Source of the DNA: the human T2T-CHM13v2.0 reference genome, Homo sapiens
NCBI RefSeq assembly: GCF_009914755.1
Contig: NC_060932.1
Strand: one strand, 5' to 3'
DNA: 64,000 nucleotides
Below the pieces are notes generated by a model. The model ran no database searches and was not told where the DNA came from. It was given only the letters and a program-made list of their open reading frames with translations. The translations under genes and the position numbers were made by a program. Of the stretch, positions 13,438 to 27,655 are shown piece after piece. Positions within the stretch are counted from its first letter, which is position 1. Each line of letters begins with the position of its first letter.

Positions 13438-13909
13438 TTTATACATAATTGCGTTAGTAATTGTTTTAATAACTTAAAGTAAATTAGTAAAATTAATTTA
13501 ATTTACTTAAATATAATGTATTTGGTTATTTAAATATCAGGATAAAATGGAATTCTAGAGAATCCAAGCAGAAAAAAATAAATTACTAAATAAAATTAAT
13601 TAGATAGTCTCCTGCTCCAACCAATATTAAGATGAAAAAATAAAAATTCCAAATTTACCTTAGGATTCATATGATATTTGTCAAATTTGAATAACAGCAA
13701 AGAATAGAAGTTTCTAATTGCATCATTTATAGATGGCATTAAAATTATAAGCAAAATACTACCATGTAAAATTAAAAAGTAGATAGAAGAATAATGATAA
13801 CTAAGTGTATTTCAATCCAAAATCTTAAGTATGGTTTTGCTTGTGGAAATTCTGTTTGTATAATCCACAAAATACTCAAAAAAAAAAGGCACTTGACAAA
13901 ATTCAACTA

Positions 13910-14257
<348 letters not shown>

Positions 14258-14689
14258 TTAGTGAAGTGACTCTTTCTGATAGTAAATACGTCGTAACAGT
14301 CAACTAAGTACTATGGCACATTATAGTAATGGTGCAGAAATAGACAAATTGAAAACAGCTGTCTATAAATCTAAGAAAACATGTATTTAATGTAAGATTA
14401 ATGAAATTTCATAAGATTTGTTTTAAAGACATATTACTTTAGATCAATCTTTTAGGCAATTGATTCCTGTCATACCTATACTACTATTGCTACTTCTGAG
14501 CATATCAGGAAAGTTAAAAGCTGGATTACTATTTCACTCTCTGACAGGCTCTTTACTTCTGTACTCAATTTTCTATAGCCTACTCTTAATAGAGAAGCTT
14601 GTATAGCAATTTAATAATACATGTGTTATCATGTTGAACTTTCTAATCCTTTCCCTGTCTTTCTACCTTACTCAGTATAAAAGCCAAGT

Positions 14690-15115
14690 CTGTAAATACT
14701 ACTGTTTTTCTCCACCTCTCTGACCTCTTTACTACCAGTCTTTCCCTTTGTTTCCTTCCTTCCATCTACTTTCACTGGTCTTGCCGTCCCACAAACATGC
14801 CTGTTATGCTTCTGTCTCATGGATTTTGCTTTTTCCTTTCTGTAATTGTCTCCTCTCACAGAGTTCATGGCTTATTCCCTCCTCCTTCAGGTATCTGCAT
14901 GATACTGCCTTCTCAGATAAGCTTCCCCCTTTCACTATAAGTAGAGTGTCAGCTCCAGGAGGGAGTTTTTTTGTTGTTTTTTTTTTGTTTTTTGTTTTTT
15001 TTAGTGTATTCATTGCTGTATCCTCAGTGTTTATTCCAATGCCTAGCACAGAAGAGATTCTAATGAAAGAATCTGTTAATGCATATATGGATAAATGACT
15101 AAATGAATGAATGAA
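14690..15115 (+). mobile_element. L2 3' end
   Basis: gttcatggcttattccctcctccttcagg..tgtcagctccaggagggag..cattgctgtatcctcagtg..atgcctagcacag..(tgaa)n tail. Confidence 0.8.
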
Positions 15116-15214
15116 CTTGTATTTGATTCCTTCAGCTTTATGTATTGATTCCTTCAACTCCTGTATCTTTGAAACCAAGATAACTCAACTTATATAAATT
15201 AAAAAAAAAATTTA

Positions 15215-15489
<275 letters not shown>

Positions 15490-17504
15490 TTAATTTTATT
15501 GTTATTATAATATAATTTTGAACTGACATTTTAAAGTGAATAAAGCTGATTAGTCACTCATTTGGGGGGGTGTTCAAGTTTATACTTTTGTTTTAAAAGC
15601 CTAACCCTGACATAATTCAATATTGTGACTTAATGGAAATGATTACAGTGAGTATAAATCAGTTGTTGATGAGAAATTACTAAAAAGATAATAAAGGTTA
15701 ATCAAGTCATCATCCCTCAACATTCATGTCCCCAGTAATATTTTCTCTCAAAAGGATAATCTTCCATTCCCAAGAAGGCTGGCAGTATGTCTTGGTCCAG
15801 GATTTCTTTTCCCAGAGTAGAAATTGCATATAGAAATCAACCCAGGATGTTCATAGGTGATGCTTTCTCTAGGTTTAACTAGATGAGTAAGCCTAGACAT
15901 TTTTCCAAACCTTGTCATCCTAGTGTGGGGTGCTGAGAATGTGTTTCTCAGGCCTTTGCCTATGGCAGTGGTCCTCTTTCCTATTGCTTGGGAACATCAC
16001 CCATCTTGTTTTTAATTTAATTCTGGATAATGTCTGTCTCAAGGATTTAGACAAGTATTTCAACCCAAGCCATGGGTGACTATCACCTTCTTCATTTGCC
16101 AGCTGTGACTCACTGCTGATTATTTTATTTGTTTCTTACTCCCTAATGAGTTAAAAACAGGTGCTTTCAATGCCTAAATGGCTAAGTACTTCTACCTTTT
16201 ATTCAATCTAATTCTACATTATTTTCTGTCTGGGTCAGTCTGAATTGATTACAGTTGATGACATTAGTATTTAACCTATGCTTTTCTAAGGATGGTAATT
16301 TATTTCTGGGAAGTACCTTCCTGCCCTGCTCCATTGTTTTCCACCCTTGATACCCCAATAGACACCTGCACCACCCTTGGTAAGACTGAGAATAAAGTCT
16401 GTGCTATAATCTTCAATTCTTTGGTAAAAATTGTTCCTCATTTTACAATTCTTGGCGCTTCACTCCAGCAGAGTGACCATTCTGTTCTGCGTTACCCCAA
16501 GATTTCTGTGAATTGAGCTAAGATTAATTGCATACTGAGCAAGGCTCTTCAAATTTCACCCTTGTACACTGCAAAACAGAAATGGACAGTTATCTTGGAT
16601 CTTTCTTGTGTAAAAGAAATGAGGTTAACAGCCAATAGCAAAATCCTGTTTGAGGAATAGCAACTGCTGAGTCCATTGTTTTCTTTGCTCAGGGAAAGTG
16701 TCTCCAACAGGCTTAGCATGCTGATAACGAACCACTTCTCCTTTCTCAATTTCTGCACTTCAGCTTGCTGAAATACTTCCCTATAGCAGAAGGCTCTTGA
16801 ACTTCCCTTCCTGAAGTAAAGTAATTAGACAGCCATACACAGGATATTGGCATAAATTTAGTTGGTGTATTTGCCCACCCACCTGCACAATCCTAGGTGG
16901 GAAGAATTTTCACTTAATACATGCAGTAACTAATCACAACATTTTCTGGCTTTTATGTTCCAATGACAGAAAGTCTATACACAGAAAAATCAGTGGTTTG
17001 TCTTCTAGACAAGCTGCATGAGTGCTCAGGATATTCAGATACAGGCATAGGGGACAAATCTTACATGAACTTGATTCTTTTGCCAATTGGAAAACAAAAC
17101 AGAAAATAAAAGTACTTTTTTTTTCCTGGAAAAAGAGCATTTACAAAAATCTATAGCAAACATAATTCATGGTGATTGCTTAGAATAAAAAACATGTTAC
17201 ATTTAAGAACATTAAAATCAGCAGTTCTATTCAACATCATTCTGGAGTTTATAGTCAGTGCAGTAAAGAGATTTGAGAAAGTTGTTGTAAAGGCAGAGTT
17301 TATTACAACATCCACAAGGGAAAAAATTAGTTTCATCAAAGAAGGGCAAAATCTTTAGGGAGAATATTAAAAATGTATTTAAAAATATGTAAAAATAGTG
17401 AAATAAATAAGAGATATAGGATGCTATAAATGGGAAGATTTAAGATCATTATTATGACAACTATCTCAAGATTAATTTATTATTTAATCTCAAGAGATTT
17501 TTAA

Positions 17505-17800
<296 letters not shown>

Positions 17801-18148
17801 TAAAGAAAAAGGTATTAAAAAAAAGGAAGTGGAGAAGGAATGATGAAAAATAAGATGGAAGAAACAAGAGGGAGCGAGAAATCACTCATGAATTTCAGCA
17901 CTTATTAAAAAGTCATATTTAATAAAAATAACATGTGTCAGAATGAACAAATACATGAGCAAGGCAATATGAACAGCTTATATATAAAACAAAAGTGATA
18001 ATATGAATTCGTGTAGAAATAAACTATTTGAAATGGCAATAGAAATATTGATATTCATATATAAAATGTTATATATTCCTACTTTTTGCTTTATACACAT
18101 ACACACAAATTTTCATTAAGCAAAATAACAACTTTAAAAGACCATGCT

Positions 18149-18481
<333 letters not shown>

Positions 18482-19275
18482 TTATAAGAACAGAAAAAGT
18501 CTCTTCAGAGTAAAGAATGCTTATTCGAAAAGATATAAATAATATAAACCATAAAATAAAATTTTAGAAAGCATAAAAAGAAGAAATGATTTTTTTCCAC
18601 ATTAAAATTAAAAACCACAATAAACAAGGTAGAAATATAGGAACAGGGGGAATGTTTTAACCAATCTGAATCAAACAACTCTTCTAAACCAAGAAGACAA
18701 ACAGAAAAACAATCCACTAGAAATAGGCAAAAGATATGAAATGTAATTCACAGACAAAAATATCAAATGGCCAATAGCTCACAAAGTGTTGCTCAACTTT
18801 AGTAATGATTATAAAAATGTAAATTAAAACAAGCATTTGATATACTTACATTAATGTAACTTAAAAATTAAAGGGAGGAAAAACATGCGTGTTTCTGTTG
18901 TCTCATATTATGATAAATATAAAAAAAAGAGCATGGTCTAAAGCAAATATGGCAAATGCCTCTTTAATTTTGATGGTGAATACACACACACACACATATA
19001 CACACATATTTTGATGTGTCTTTCTAACTGATAGAGCCTGAAGGACATATTAAGATCATTTTATTTTTTGCATCAGTGAGACATGATATAAAATATATAT
19101 TCTTCAAGTTCCTTTTCTCAAAATTACTAGTTCTCTAATAGTCAGTTGAAAGACTTTTGAACACGACCTTTTGTGTGCTGATTCATGCTAATGATTCTTT
19201 TCTGGGCATAATACTAAAGGACATATGTATTTTCTCTGATTAATATTAAACTCCTTACATGGTTACTGCAAAGTA

Positions 19276-19581
19276 CAGTCAGCTTTCCCTATCTGTGGGT
19301 TCTGCATCTATGGATTCAGACAACTATGGATTGAAAATATTTGGGAAAAAAAAATTTACCAAGTTCCAAAAAGTGAAACTTGAATTTGCTGCACACCAAG
19401 CACTGAGTTTATGTGAATAGAATGATGTGTAGGCATTGCATTTGGCATTATAAGTATATGGGAGAATGTGCATAGGTTATATGCAAATACTATGCCATTT
19501 TATATCAGGGACTTGAACATCACAGGATTTTGATTTCCTGAGATTCTGAAATCAATTCCCATAAATGCCAAGGGAGGACGG
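19276..19581 (-). mobile_element. MER2/MER2B (Tigger-derived MITE)
   Basis: TA|cagtcagctttccctatctgtgggttctgcatc...caagggaggacgg|TA, i.e. TIRs with a TA target site. Confidence 0.85.
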
Positions 19582-19767
19582 TATTATGAAATTCGAAGAT
19601 TATGTTGTTAATTACCAGCTCATTAGCATTCATATGCTTATTAAGTCCTTGATCAGGTCAGTGCTTACTTCTTTAATTGCTTCAGAAAAGATTAGTGGTC
19701 TTTCACTATGATCTCATTTATCTATCCTGAACAAATCAGCTCATTTATAGAGAGATAAAATCTCTTT

Positions 19768-20322
19768 TAAAAGCAAAAATTGCTCCAGAGAAATTTAATC
19801 AGGAAACAAAACAAAACAAAAAACAACAACAAAAAAAACCTTCATTCAAGACCATTGTAGTAGGCAAGAGGCAAGAACTCAGTCTGAAATTAACTCATCT
19901 GAAACAAAGGGCTGAAGTTTTAAGAGCTGGAGTGGGAGGCGGGGGTCTTGGAGCCACCTCTGTTTGCTAATTGGCTTTACCCAAGGGAAAAGTAAACTTT
20001 CTCCTGTCTTCATGACAAGTAGTTTTACAGCTTGGAGAAAGGTGCCCACCTAAGTTAGGCTCCTATTTGCCTGCAGAAACTGGACTACCTTCCTTGATGA
20101 CTACCATCTCAAAAGGATGGCTCCCGAGTCCTTGAGAAAGACAATTCTGGCTTGTAAAACTGGCCAGTAGTTTTTGAAAAGTTTTATATCTCAAAATGAC
20201 AGAGAAATAATTTACACTTACAAGTATTTTAATGTAAATGATCAAAGGTCTTCTTCAGAGGCAGAGAGAAACTTTGTCTAAAGTTTACTCATGCTAAGGG
20301 AAGTGCCTCTGCAGTCTTGGTC
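19768..20322 (-). mobile_element. MER67-like ERV1 solo LTR
   Basis: aagttaggctcct..ttccttgatgact..ggatggctccc..ccttgagaaagaca..gtaaaactggc..tgtctaaagttta is the MER67 reverse complement. Confidence 0.75.
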
Positions 20323-21859
20323 CTTTTCCTTCCATTGCATGGGATTTGTGCAGTCCTCCTATGAAAGCTTCATGCATTTCAAACACCACTGTACACTGAT
20401 GTTTTGATTTAGATGTTTCATAAGTATATCAGCCTTACAAGTCCAAAATCAAATTCCCTTCAAAGGGCCAAAAACTTTTCTCTGCACACCCTGTTCCTTG
20501 CCCCACAACACACACCTGATAGACGTATTCTTAGTGTCTGATAAAGTTTTAACACGAGGTAAGTACTCGTGATTACTTGTTAAATACAACAATTAAAGGG
20601 GTGGGGAGGGCAGATCTTTTAGGTACAACCTTAGGAGAGAAAGGAATTGTCTGCTTATGCCTGCGTTTATCCTCTATCTTCCATCCTTCAATAGACATTG
20701 GCACACGGATCATGAAGAGACATGACATCTAGATTTTAGTCTCTGTTTGGAGTTGACAATATTGGTCTTAAAATTTGAGAAAGATATAATTTGTTTAAAT
20801 AAGCACTGATACTCTCTAAATGTTTCTCAAGCCTGCCTCACTAGTACTTAATTTACTTTTCATAAGTTACTTTTATAAAAAATTATCACATAGCTACAAT
20901 ATGGATAGGTTACTATTCTTAAACCAGACAGGCTCAACACCTCTGTCTTCAGAATTCTGCAGGCTAAGGGAAAGGAAAAAAAATTGTTAAACCTTAAGAA
21001 ATGTAAAAAGATCATTTTATACCATTTCCTCAGGGCAGGAATTGCTTCTATTTCTACATTTACATAACTAAGGAATTTTTAGTCATTTAATTTTTTTCCA
21101 ATAGTAAAGAGAATATTCCCAAAATGACCTGGTAACTCCATCTGTAGGCAGAAAAGAGGTTGACACAATTGCTTCTGAAGTCCAAAGCAGCAAAGACCCA
21201 ATTACATTTAAAAATTCTCGGTGTCCTGTATTTCTTCCAATATCTAAAATCTTATCTTGTAAAATAAACCTTCAGTCTTTATGTTTGTCTTTTCCCTTGG
21301 CCCTTCGGGAATAAATTCTTTGTTCATCTGCAATCTGTTTATACTATGTCTGTTTCTCTCATCATCAGTGATGATCTTGACATCACACCCAGATGTGATC
21401 GTTTTGACAAGAATAATATGCAGCTGGATGTTGAAACATCCAAAGCAATTGTAGTGGACATCAGTTATTCTTACCAGTCAAGCATACCTTTCAAATATGT
21501 TTGGCAAAATAGGATCTCTTTTCCTTTGGGGAATTAATTCTCCTCACACTATGGTCCAGGTACAATTAGTAACTGTCAGGCTAATAACACCTCCACCCAC
21601 CACTCTTGAAACTAGAAATGTGTGTTTCTATCTTGTTAGAATAAGACATTCACAGAAGCCAGTAGGAGGCCAGCCAGTTTGTAGGCAGCATGGTGTCTAA
21701 ATGAGACTCTCTCCATGAGTTCCTGATTGAGATTCTTCCTGTTCCTCTTCTTCCTAGAGCCTAGTTTATGTTTTTCTTAGATTTTGCAAGTTTCTAACTA
21801 TGATATATTGAACTGTTGACTGTAATTCTTTACCTCGTCCTTTATCTACATGCATGCCA

Positions 21860-22540
21860 TAGATTCATCTGGGACAGAATGTACGTCCCTTTGTCTCAAC
21901 CATGATCTGGGACACATGAATTGCTTTGATCAAATGAGAATTCTTCCAAGCTGTGAACTTAGGAAGCATTTTTCTAGTGATTTCCCTTGTCATTTGGCAT
22001 TTTTGCTATTAGAATAATATAGTTGGTGTTTTTGTTTGTTTGTTTGTTTTTTATTTGAGCCAAGGTCTCACTCTTGCCCAGGCTGGGCTGCAGTGCTGTG
22101 ATCATGGCTCACTGCAGCCTAGTGCTCCTGAGCTCAAGTGATCCGCCTCAGCCTCCCTGGTTATGTTTAATTTTTTTTTTTAATTTTACTTTTGAAATGT
22201 TCCTTCCTGCACAATGAGACAATTTTTTTTTTTTTTTTTTTTTTTAGAAACAGGGTCTCCTTATGTTGCCCAGGCTGGTCTTGAACTCCTGGACTCCTGG
22301 ACTGAAGTGATACTCTCCCTTACTCTCCCTTAGCCTCCAAGGTTGCTGAGGTTACAAGCGTGGGCCACCATGTCCAGCTTAGAATAATATACTTGGGATA
22401 ACCCGCTGCTCCCAAGAGGATGAAGCAAAGCCAAATGTTACCTAGATCAATCTTCTGTAACTGTCTTGTAGATAAGTGAATAATAATAAACGAATATTAT
22501 TTTAAGCCATTACCTTTTGGGGTACAAGGTAATATCAAAT
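21860..22540 (+). mobile_element. MLT1 (MaLR LTR) split by an AluJ
   Basis: catgaattgctttgatcaaatgaga..; ccgctgctcccaagaggatga..; aataaa..tattttaagccatt..ttttgggg. Confidence 0.6.
22022..22378 (-). mobile_element. AluJ, internally rearranged, 13-bp TSD
   Basis: TSD ttagaataatata at 22009-22021 and 22379-22391; AluJ diagnostics (ctgcagcct, gctcaagtgatcc). Confidence 0.88.
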
Positions 22541-23449
22541 ATTTATATGTTTAGTTCCCTTTGCATAAATTATCTTTCACTGCCTCAAAATATCCAGGTA
22601 TCATTTCAGACACTGACACCTATAGAACACTAATATAGATTTAATAATTGATGAAAGAATTATGTTATTTTCTATCTTAGAAAGATCCAAAATGGCTAAG
22701 AACTTCTAAGCAGGATTAAATATTTCTTGATTATGACACTGGCCTTTGGAGAACATTGTCGGACCTCAATATTTTCAATGCTTTGTTCTTGGATTTTCAA
22801 TATTTTCGATAAATCTTCCTGGAGTTCACCCTGTTATTCACATTAATAGTCATCTGTCTTAACCTGAAAATTAACTGATTGTTACAGATACCAAGTCTTG
22901 GGAATAAAAATTCCACTCTTATTATAGAAAAATCTATAATCATGAAATATATGGTAAAAGACTGCTGCAGTTATTTGGTGAACCTAAACCACCAAAGTCA
23001 CTGCTCAGAAAATCTCCAAGCTGTCTAGTTAATAGTACATACTGATGTGAATTGTCTAGAAATAGATTCTGAGATGGGCTCTATCTGCAGGTGTTTACCA
23101 ATCCCTGCATACTTATTATTTTTTTAGCATCACTTGCTCTGTTACAATATCCTTTATTCTAAGGTTAGACAGACCCTAGAATATAGTGAGACTTCAGTGC
23201 CACTTCCTCAAACAAATGATTAGAGGCAATGAAGGAGATATTCAGTCACTACAAATTATGACTGCTAGTAGCCTGATCCACAGAGCCTTTATCTGTTAAA
23301 GAGAATATGATGACCCCAGAATTTTTCCTCAACCTACTTGTACAGCCTACAGCTAAGAGAAATTTGCCAAATAGGACAACTGACTATAAAGCCATGGTGA
23401 ATGGTACTAGATTGGCAGAAGAAAAAGCATTAATTTAAGACTAGTTAGG

Positions 23450-23705
23450 CCATATAACAGGATGATTGAGAGCACAGACTCCAGAATCATGTTGCCTGGA
23501 TGTGAATTTTAGTCAGACACATAATAGCTTTGTTATTTGTGAATATTTGCTTTCTAATTTTCTAGTCCATAAATGGGATAAAAATTATATATACCGCATA
23601 GGACTGATGTGATGTGAAAATTAAATGTTTATATCTACAGTGTCCTTAAGTTAATCATGGCTCATGATAAATGCATTGCAACTTTTAACTACTATTGCTA
23701 TTGTT
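23450..23705 (+). mobile_element. MIR SINE
   Basis: ttgagagcacagactccagaatc..gcctggatgtgaatt..ataaatgggataa..cataggact..attaaat. Confidence 0.7.
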
Positions 23706-23939
23706 GTTCTTGTTAAACATTTAGGGATGACAGAGAACACAATTTTATATTGTTTAAAGTCATTTCTTAAAAAAAAAAAAAAAAGGAGAAAGAAATGGAA
23801 AGGAGAAGAAGAATAAATCCAAAACATTTGGTTTACCACATTCCAAGCAGAATGATAGGTCTTTTACATGAGCTAAACTCTCCTGGAAAAAAAAAAAACA
23901 AAAAAAAACAAGTCGATGCCACCAACTACTTAAGTCTAT

Positions 23940-24378
23940 AATTGTGCTATCACAATAGACTCTAGTTGCAACAGGCATTTCAAATGTGTCTAGTGGAACT
24001 TACCTACTGAATTTTTAATTTTATTTAATGTTAACTAATTTAAAGTTAGAATCCAAATGATTCCTTTTTTTATGTTTAAAAAAAACCTTGAATATGTTTT
24101 TCTCTCCGTATATTTTATGAAATCTGAATACAGATTGAAATTTCTGATAAAATTTAATGTCTGATTGAAATGTGCTGTAAGGATGAAAGTACATCCTAGT
24201 ATTTGAAGACAGTACAAAAATATGCAAAATATCTTATTAATAGTTTTATTATACTGATTGCATTTTGAAATGGAAATATTTTGAAAATACTGAGTTAAAT
24301 TAATTTTAACCGTTTCTTTTCTTTTAATGTGGTTACTTTGAAATGTAAATTACATTGTATTTCTGTTGGCCAATAATG
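23940..24378 (-). mobile_element. Charlie1-derived element (Charlie1b/MER33/MER3 family)
   Basis: aaatgtgtctagtg..ctgaatttttaattttatttaat and ttgaaatgtgctgtaag..tttgaagac..ttttaatgtggttact..atttctgttgg. Confidence 0.75.
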
Positions 24379-25191
24379 GCGTGTATGACCTCAGCTGGGC
24401 CCCACATACTTCTTGAGAAGCTACTGCTTTCCTAGCCTTGCTCACTCTCCAGAGCTCTATGGCAACTAATTCAAATCTGCCTCACTCTTCCAAATTTCTG
24501 ACCCATCACCTTCCACAGTCTCTGCTAAGCTCCTTTTTTCCATCTCCTCACATAATGAAAGAGTTGGGTATATGCTCAGACCTGTATTGGTCTCATCTTT
24601 GTGTGCTTTTCCTTCTCTCACACTGGAGGAAAACAACAACAACAAAAACAACAGAGTTCTTCTTTTTTACATGGCCAGGCCCAAACAGTTTGCTTTTCTT
24701 AAAAAAACACAAAAAACAAACACTTATCCCATTTAATTATGGATCGAACAATCTCCTCACTTATCCCTCCTCTCTCCAATACTTTCGATGTCTCCCTAAT
24801 TAGGGGTTCATTATATTTATTATTAGAATTCAACAAATACAAGCCCTCCTCAATCTTAATTTTCTCAGATTTCAATCTCACTCTCTCCACCCTTTCATGG
24901 CCAAAAAGCTTCAGACAACTTGACAAGTTCCTCCCTCAAATCCTCTCTCTTTAATTTGTGACAAGCTGAATTTGGACTTTTTACATTATAAAATGTTTAA
25001 TTACCAAGGGAAGCAAAAATCCCCATGGATATTTCTCTTTTCTTATCTTGACTTTGTAGAAGAACTTGGGATCTTTGACTGCTGTGTTCCTTCTGGCTTC
25101 TGGTATACTGTGCTCTTCCTATTTGTCTCTGACGTTGAACTCCATAAATTTTCATGTGAGCATTGTAGTTCCTCAGGGGTTTGCCCTCGTT

Positions 25192-25330
25192 TTTATTTAT
25201 TTACTTAATAGACAAGGGAAAATTGTATATATCCATGGCATGCAACATGATGTTTCAATACGTTTCTGTATTGTGAAATGACTAAATCAAACTATTTAAC
25301 ATATGCATTACCTTGCATATTTATCAGTTT
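25192..25330 (-). mobile_element. L1MA extreme 3' end fragment
   Basis: aaattgtatatatccatggcatgcaacatgatgttt..tgtgaaatgactaaatcaaactatttaacatatgcattacct. Confidence 0.75.
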
Positions 25331-25501
25331 TCTTTTAATTTTATACCCTCTTTCTTATTAATAACATTCACTCTCATTTCTAGAATTAGAATCTATATAC
25401 AGTTGATTCTGGGATAAATATTTCCAGCTTGAATCATAATCCTGTACATGATTTCCATGCAAATAAATTATCTTTATTTTCTAGCAGCACATCAAAAGTG
25501 C

Positions 25502-25997
25502 TGTGGCAGGCAGAATAGCCCCCTAAAATTTGCAAGCCCCAATCCCCAGAACCTATAAATATGTTACCTAGCAATGTAAAAGGGATTTTGCAGATGATTA
25601 AGGTTATCACCTTGAGATAGGGATGATATCCTAGATTATCCATGGGGGCCCAATCTAATCAAATGAGTCTTTCAAAACAAAGAACATTTCCCAGCTGTGG
25701 TCAGAAACAGGATGGTGAAATTAGAATTGGGAAAGGTTACATTGCTGGCTTTGACATGCAGGAAGGTGGCTACAGGCCAAAGGATGTAGGCAGCCTCTAG
25801 CAGCTAGAAAGGAAAAGAAACAATAATTCCTCTAGCGCCTTTAGGAACGAATTCAGTCCTGCTGACACCTTGATTTTAGTCCCGTGAAACCTGTGTTGGA
25901 CTTCTGACCTAGAGAAGTGTAAGATAACATATTTGTTGTTTTTATAAACCACCAAGTCTCTTATAATTTATTACAGCAGCAATAGAAAACTAATACA
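25502..25997 (+). mobile_element. MLT1D MaLR solo LTR
   Basis: tgtggcaggcagaat..gggattttgcagatgattaagg..ctgctgacaccttgattttag..gcagcaatagaaaactaataca; TG...CA ends. Confidence 0.88.
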
Positions 25998-26063
25998 GAT
26001 TATATATTCAAAAAGAAAATTCACCAATTTCATCCTCTATGAAATAAATAACTATTAAAAATA

Positions 26064-26385
26064 GAGTTACTTCATTTAGAATAATAATCTCCAATCTTAT
26101 CCAGGTCACTGTGAATGCCGTTAATTCATTCCCTTTTATATGTTCTCACTGACATGTGGGAGCTAAGCTATGAGGATGCAAAGGCATAAGAATGATACAA
26201 TGGACTCTGGGGACTTGGGGGGAGGGATGGGAGGGGGACAAGGGATAAAAGACTACAAATAGCATGAAGTGCAGTGTATACTGCTTGGGTGATGGCTGCA
26301 CCAAAATCTCACAAATTACCACTAAAGAACTAAGGAATGTAACCAAACAACACCTGTACTCCAATAACCTATGGAAAAATAAAAA
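26064..26385 (+). mobile_element. L1PB1-like 3' end with a 5' inversion (twin priming)
   Basis: 26064-26138 is the reverse complement of the L1PB sequence normally just upstream of tatgttctcactga..., which runs forward from 26139 to aacctatggaaaaataaaaa. Confidence 0.88.
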
Positions 26386-26647
26386 GAAAGATACCTATAC
26401 TAACCACTGCCTGAAATATCGAAAATTCTGATATTGTACCTGTTGATATGTATTTGATTTAGTATTTTAAAAAAATAGAGAAGTAAACAATAAAACTACT
26501 TTTTTCCCCCTCTTGATTTACTATCTTGGTGAATGACTCATTATCTTTCTAATGTGTAAGTCAGAAACGTGGGTTTAAATTTGTGTCCTCCTTCTTCATC
26601 ACCCCTCACATTCCAACATTCATCAAGCCCCCTACATATGTATATAT

Positions 26648-26649
<2 letters not shown>

Positions 26650-26678
<29 letters not shown>
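26650..26678. repeat. (CA)n microsatellite
   Basis: About 14 CA units. Confidence 0.95.
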
Positions 26679-26681
<3 letters not shown>

Positions 26682-27251
26682 TTTTCAGATTTATACTATA
26701 TCTTTCCTTCCCAATTGCCACTTCCATAGAAAGCAGCTCTTCTATCTATCGTGAATCAAGACCAGAGCCCTTTAATTGGTCTGCCTACTATCTTACTCTC
26801 TTCTATTTACCTTCTACTATCCTATATCTACAAGCAGCAGTGCCACTATTTTCCTCTCCATTATCATCTGTTGGCTACACCATCCATTGTGTACATTAAA
26901 CTCCAGAAATGCTGAATTTTTCTCAGTTTCTCAATACACTGGACTCTCTATTTTGCCTTGAGGACTTGTGATAGCTATTCTCTCCTATGCAAATATTCCT
27001 CAGACCTACCCCCATTCCCCTATTTTACTTCACTTCTGCCTAGATGTCAACTTTTAGGCTAGATGTCACTTCTAGTTAGTGTTTATGGTCCCACAGGAGC
27101 CTCTCAAATGCTCACCTAGTATTTTTCCCTTCTCCAGTATGGCCAAATTGTAATTTTCTTTTGGAAGTGCCTGTTCAAGTATTTTATTCATTTTTTATTT
27201 TACATTGTCTATTTTACATGGATGTATAGGAGAGTTTAAAAATATGTTGCA

Positions 27252-27655
<404 letters not shown>

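Larger units (their letters stand above)
24850..27160 (+). mobile_element. L2 fossil hosting later L1MA, MLT1D and L1PB insertions
   Basis: L2-like pieces: tcttatcttgactt..ggcttctggtatactg..gttcctcagggg; gtcagaaacgtggg..cacccctcacatt; gccttgaggactt..tagatgtcacttct. Confidence 0.6.

Noticed and set aside
14748-15178. Overlapping 116-aa and 124-aa ORFs
   Set aside because: They fall in an L2 3' end with low-complexity T-runs.
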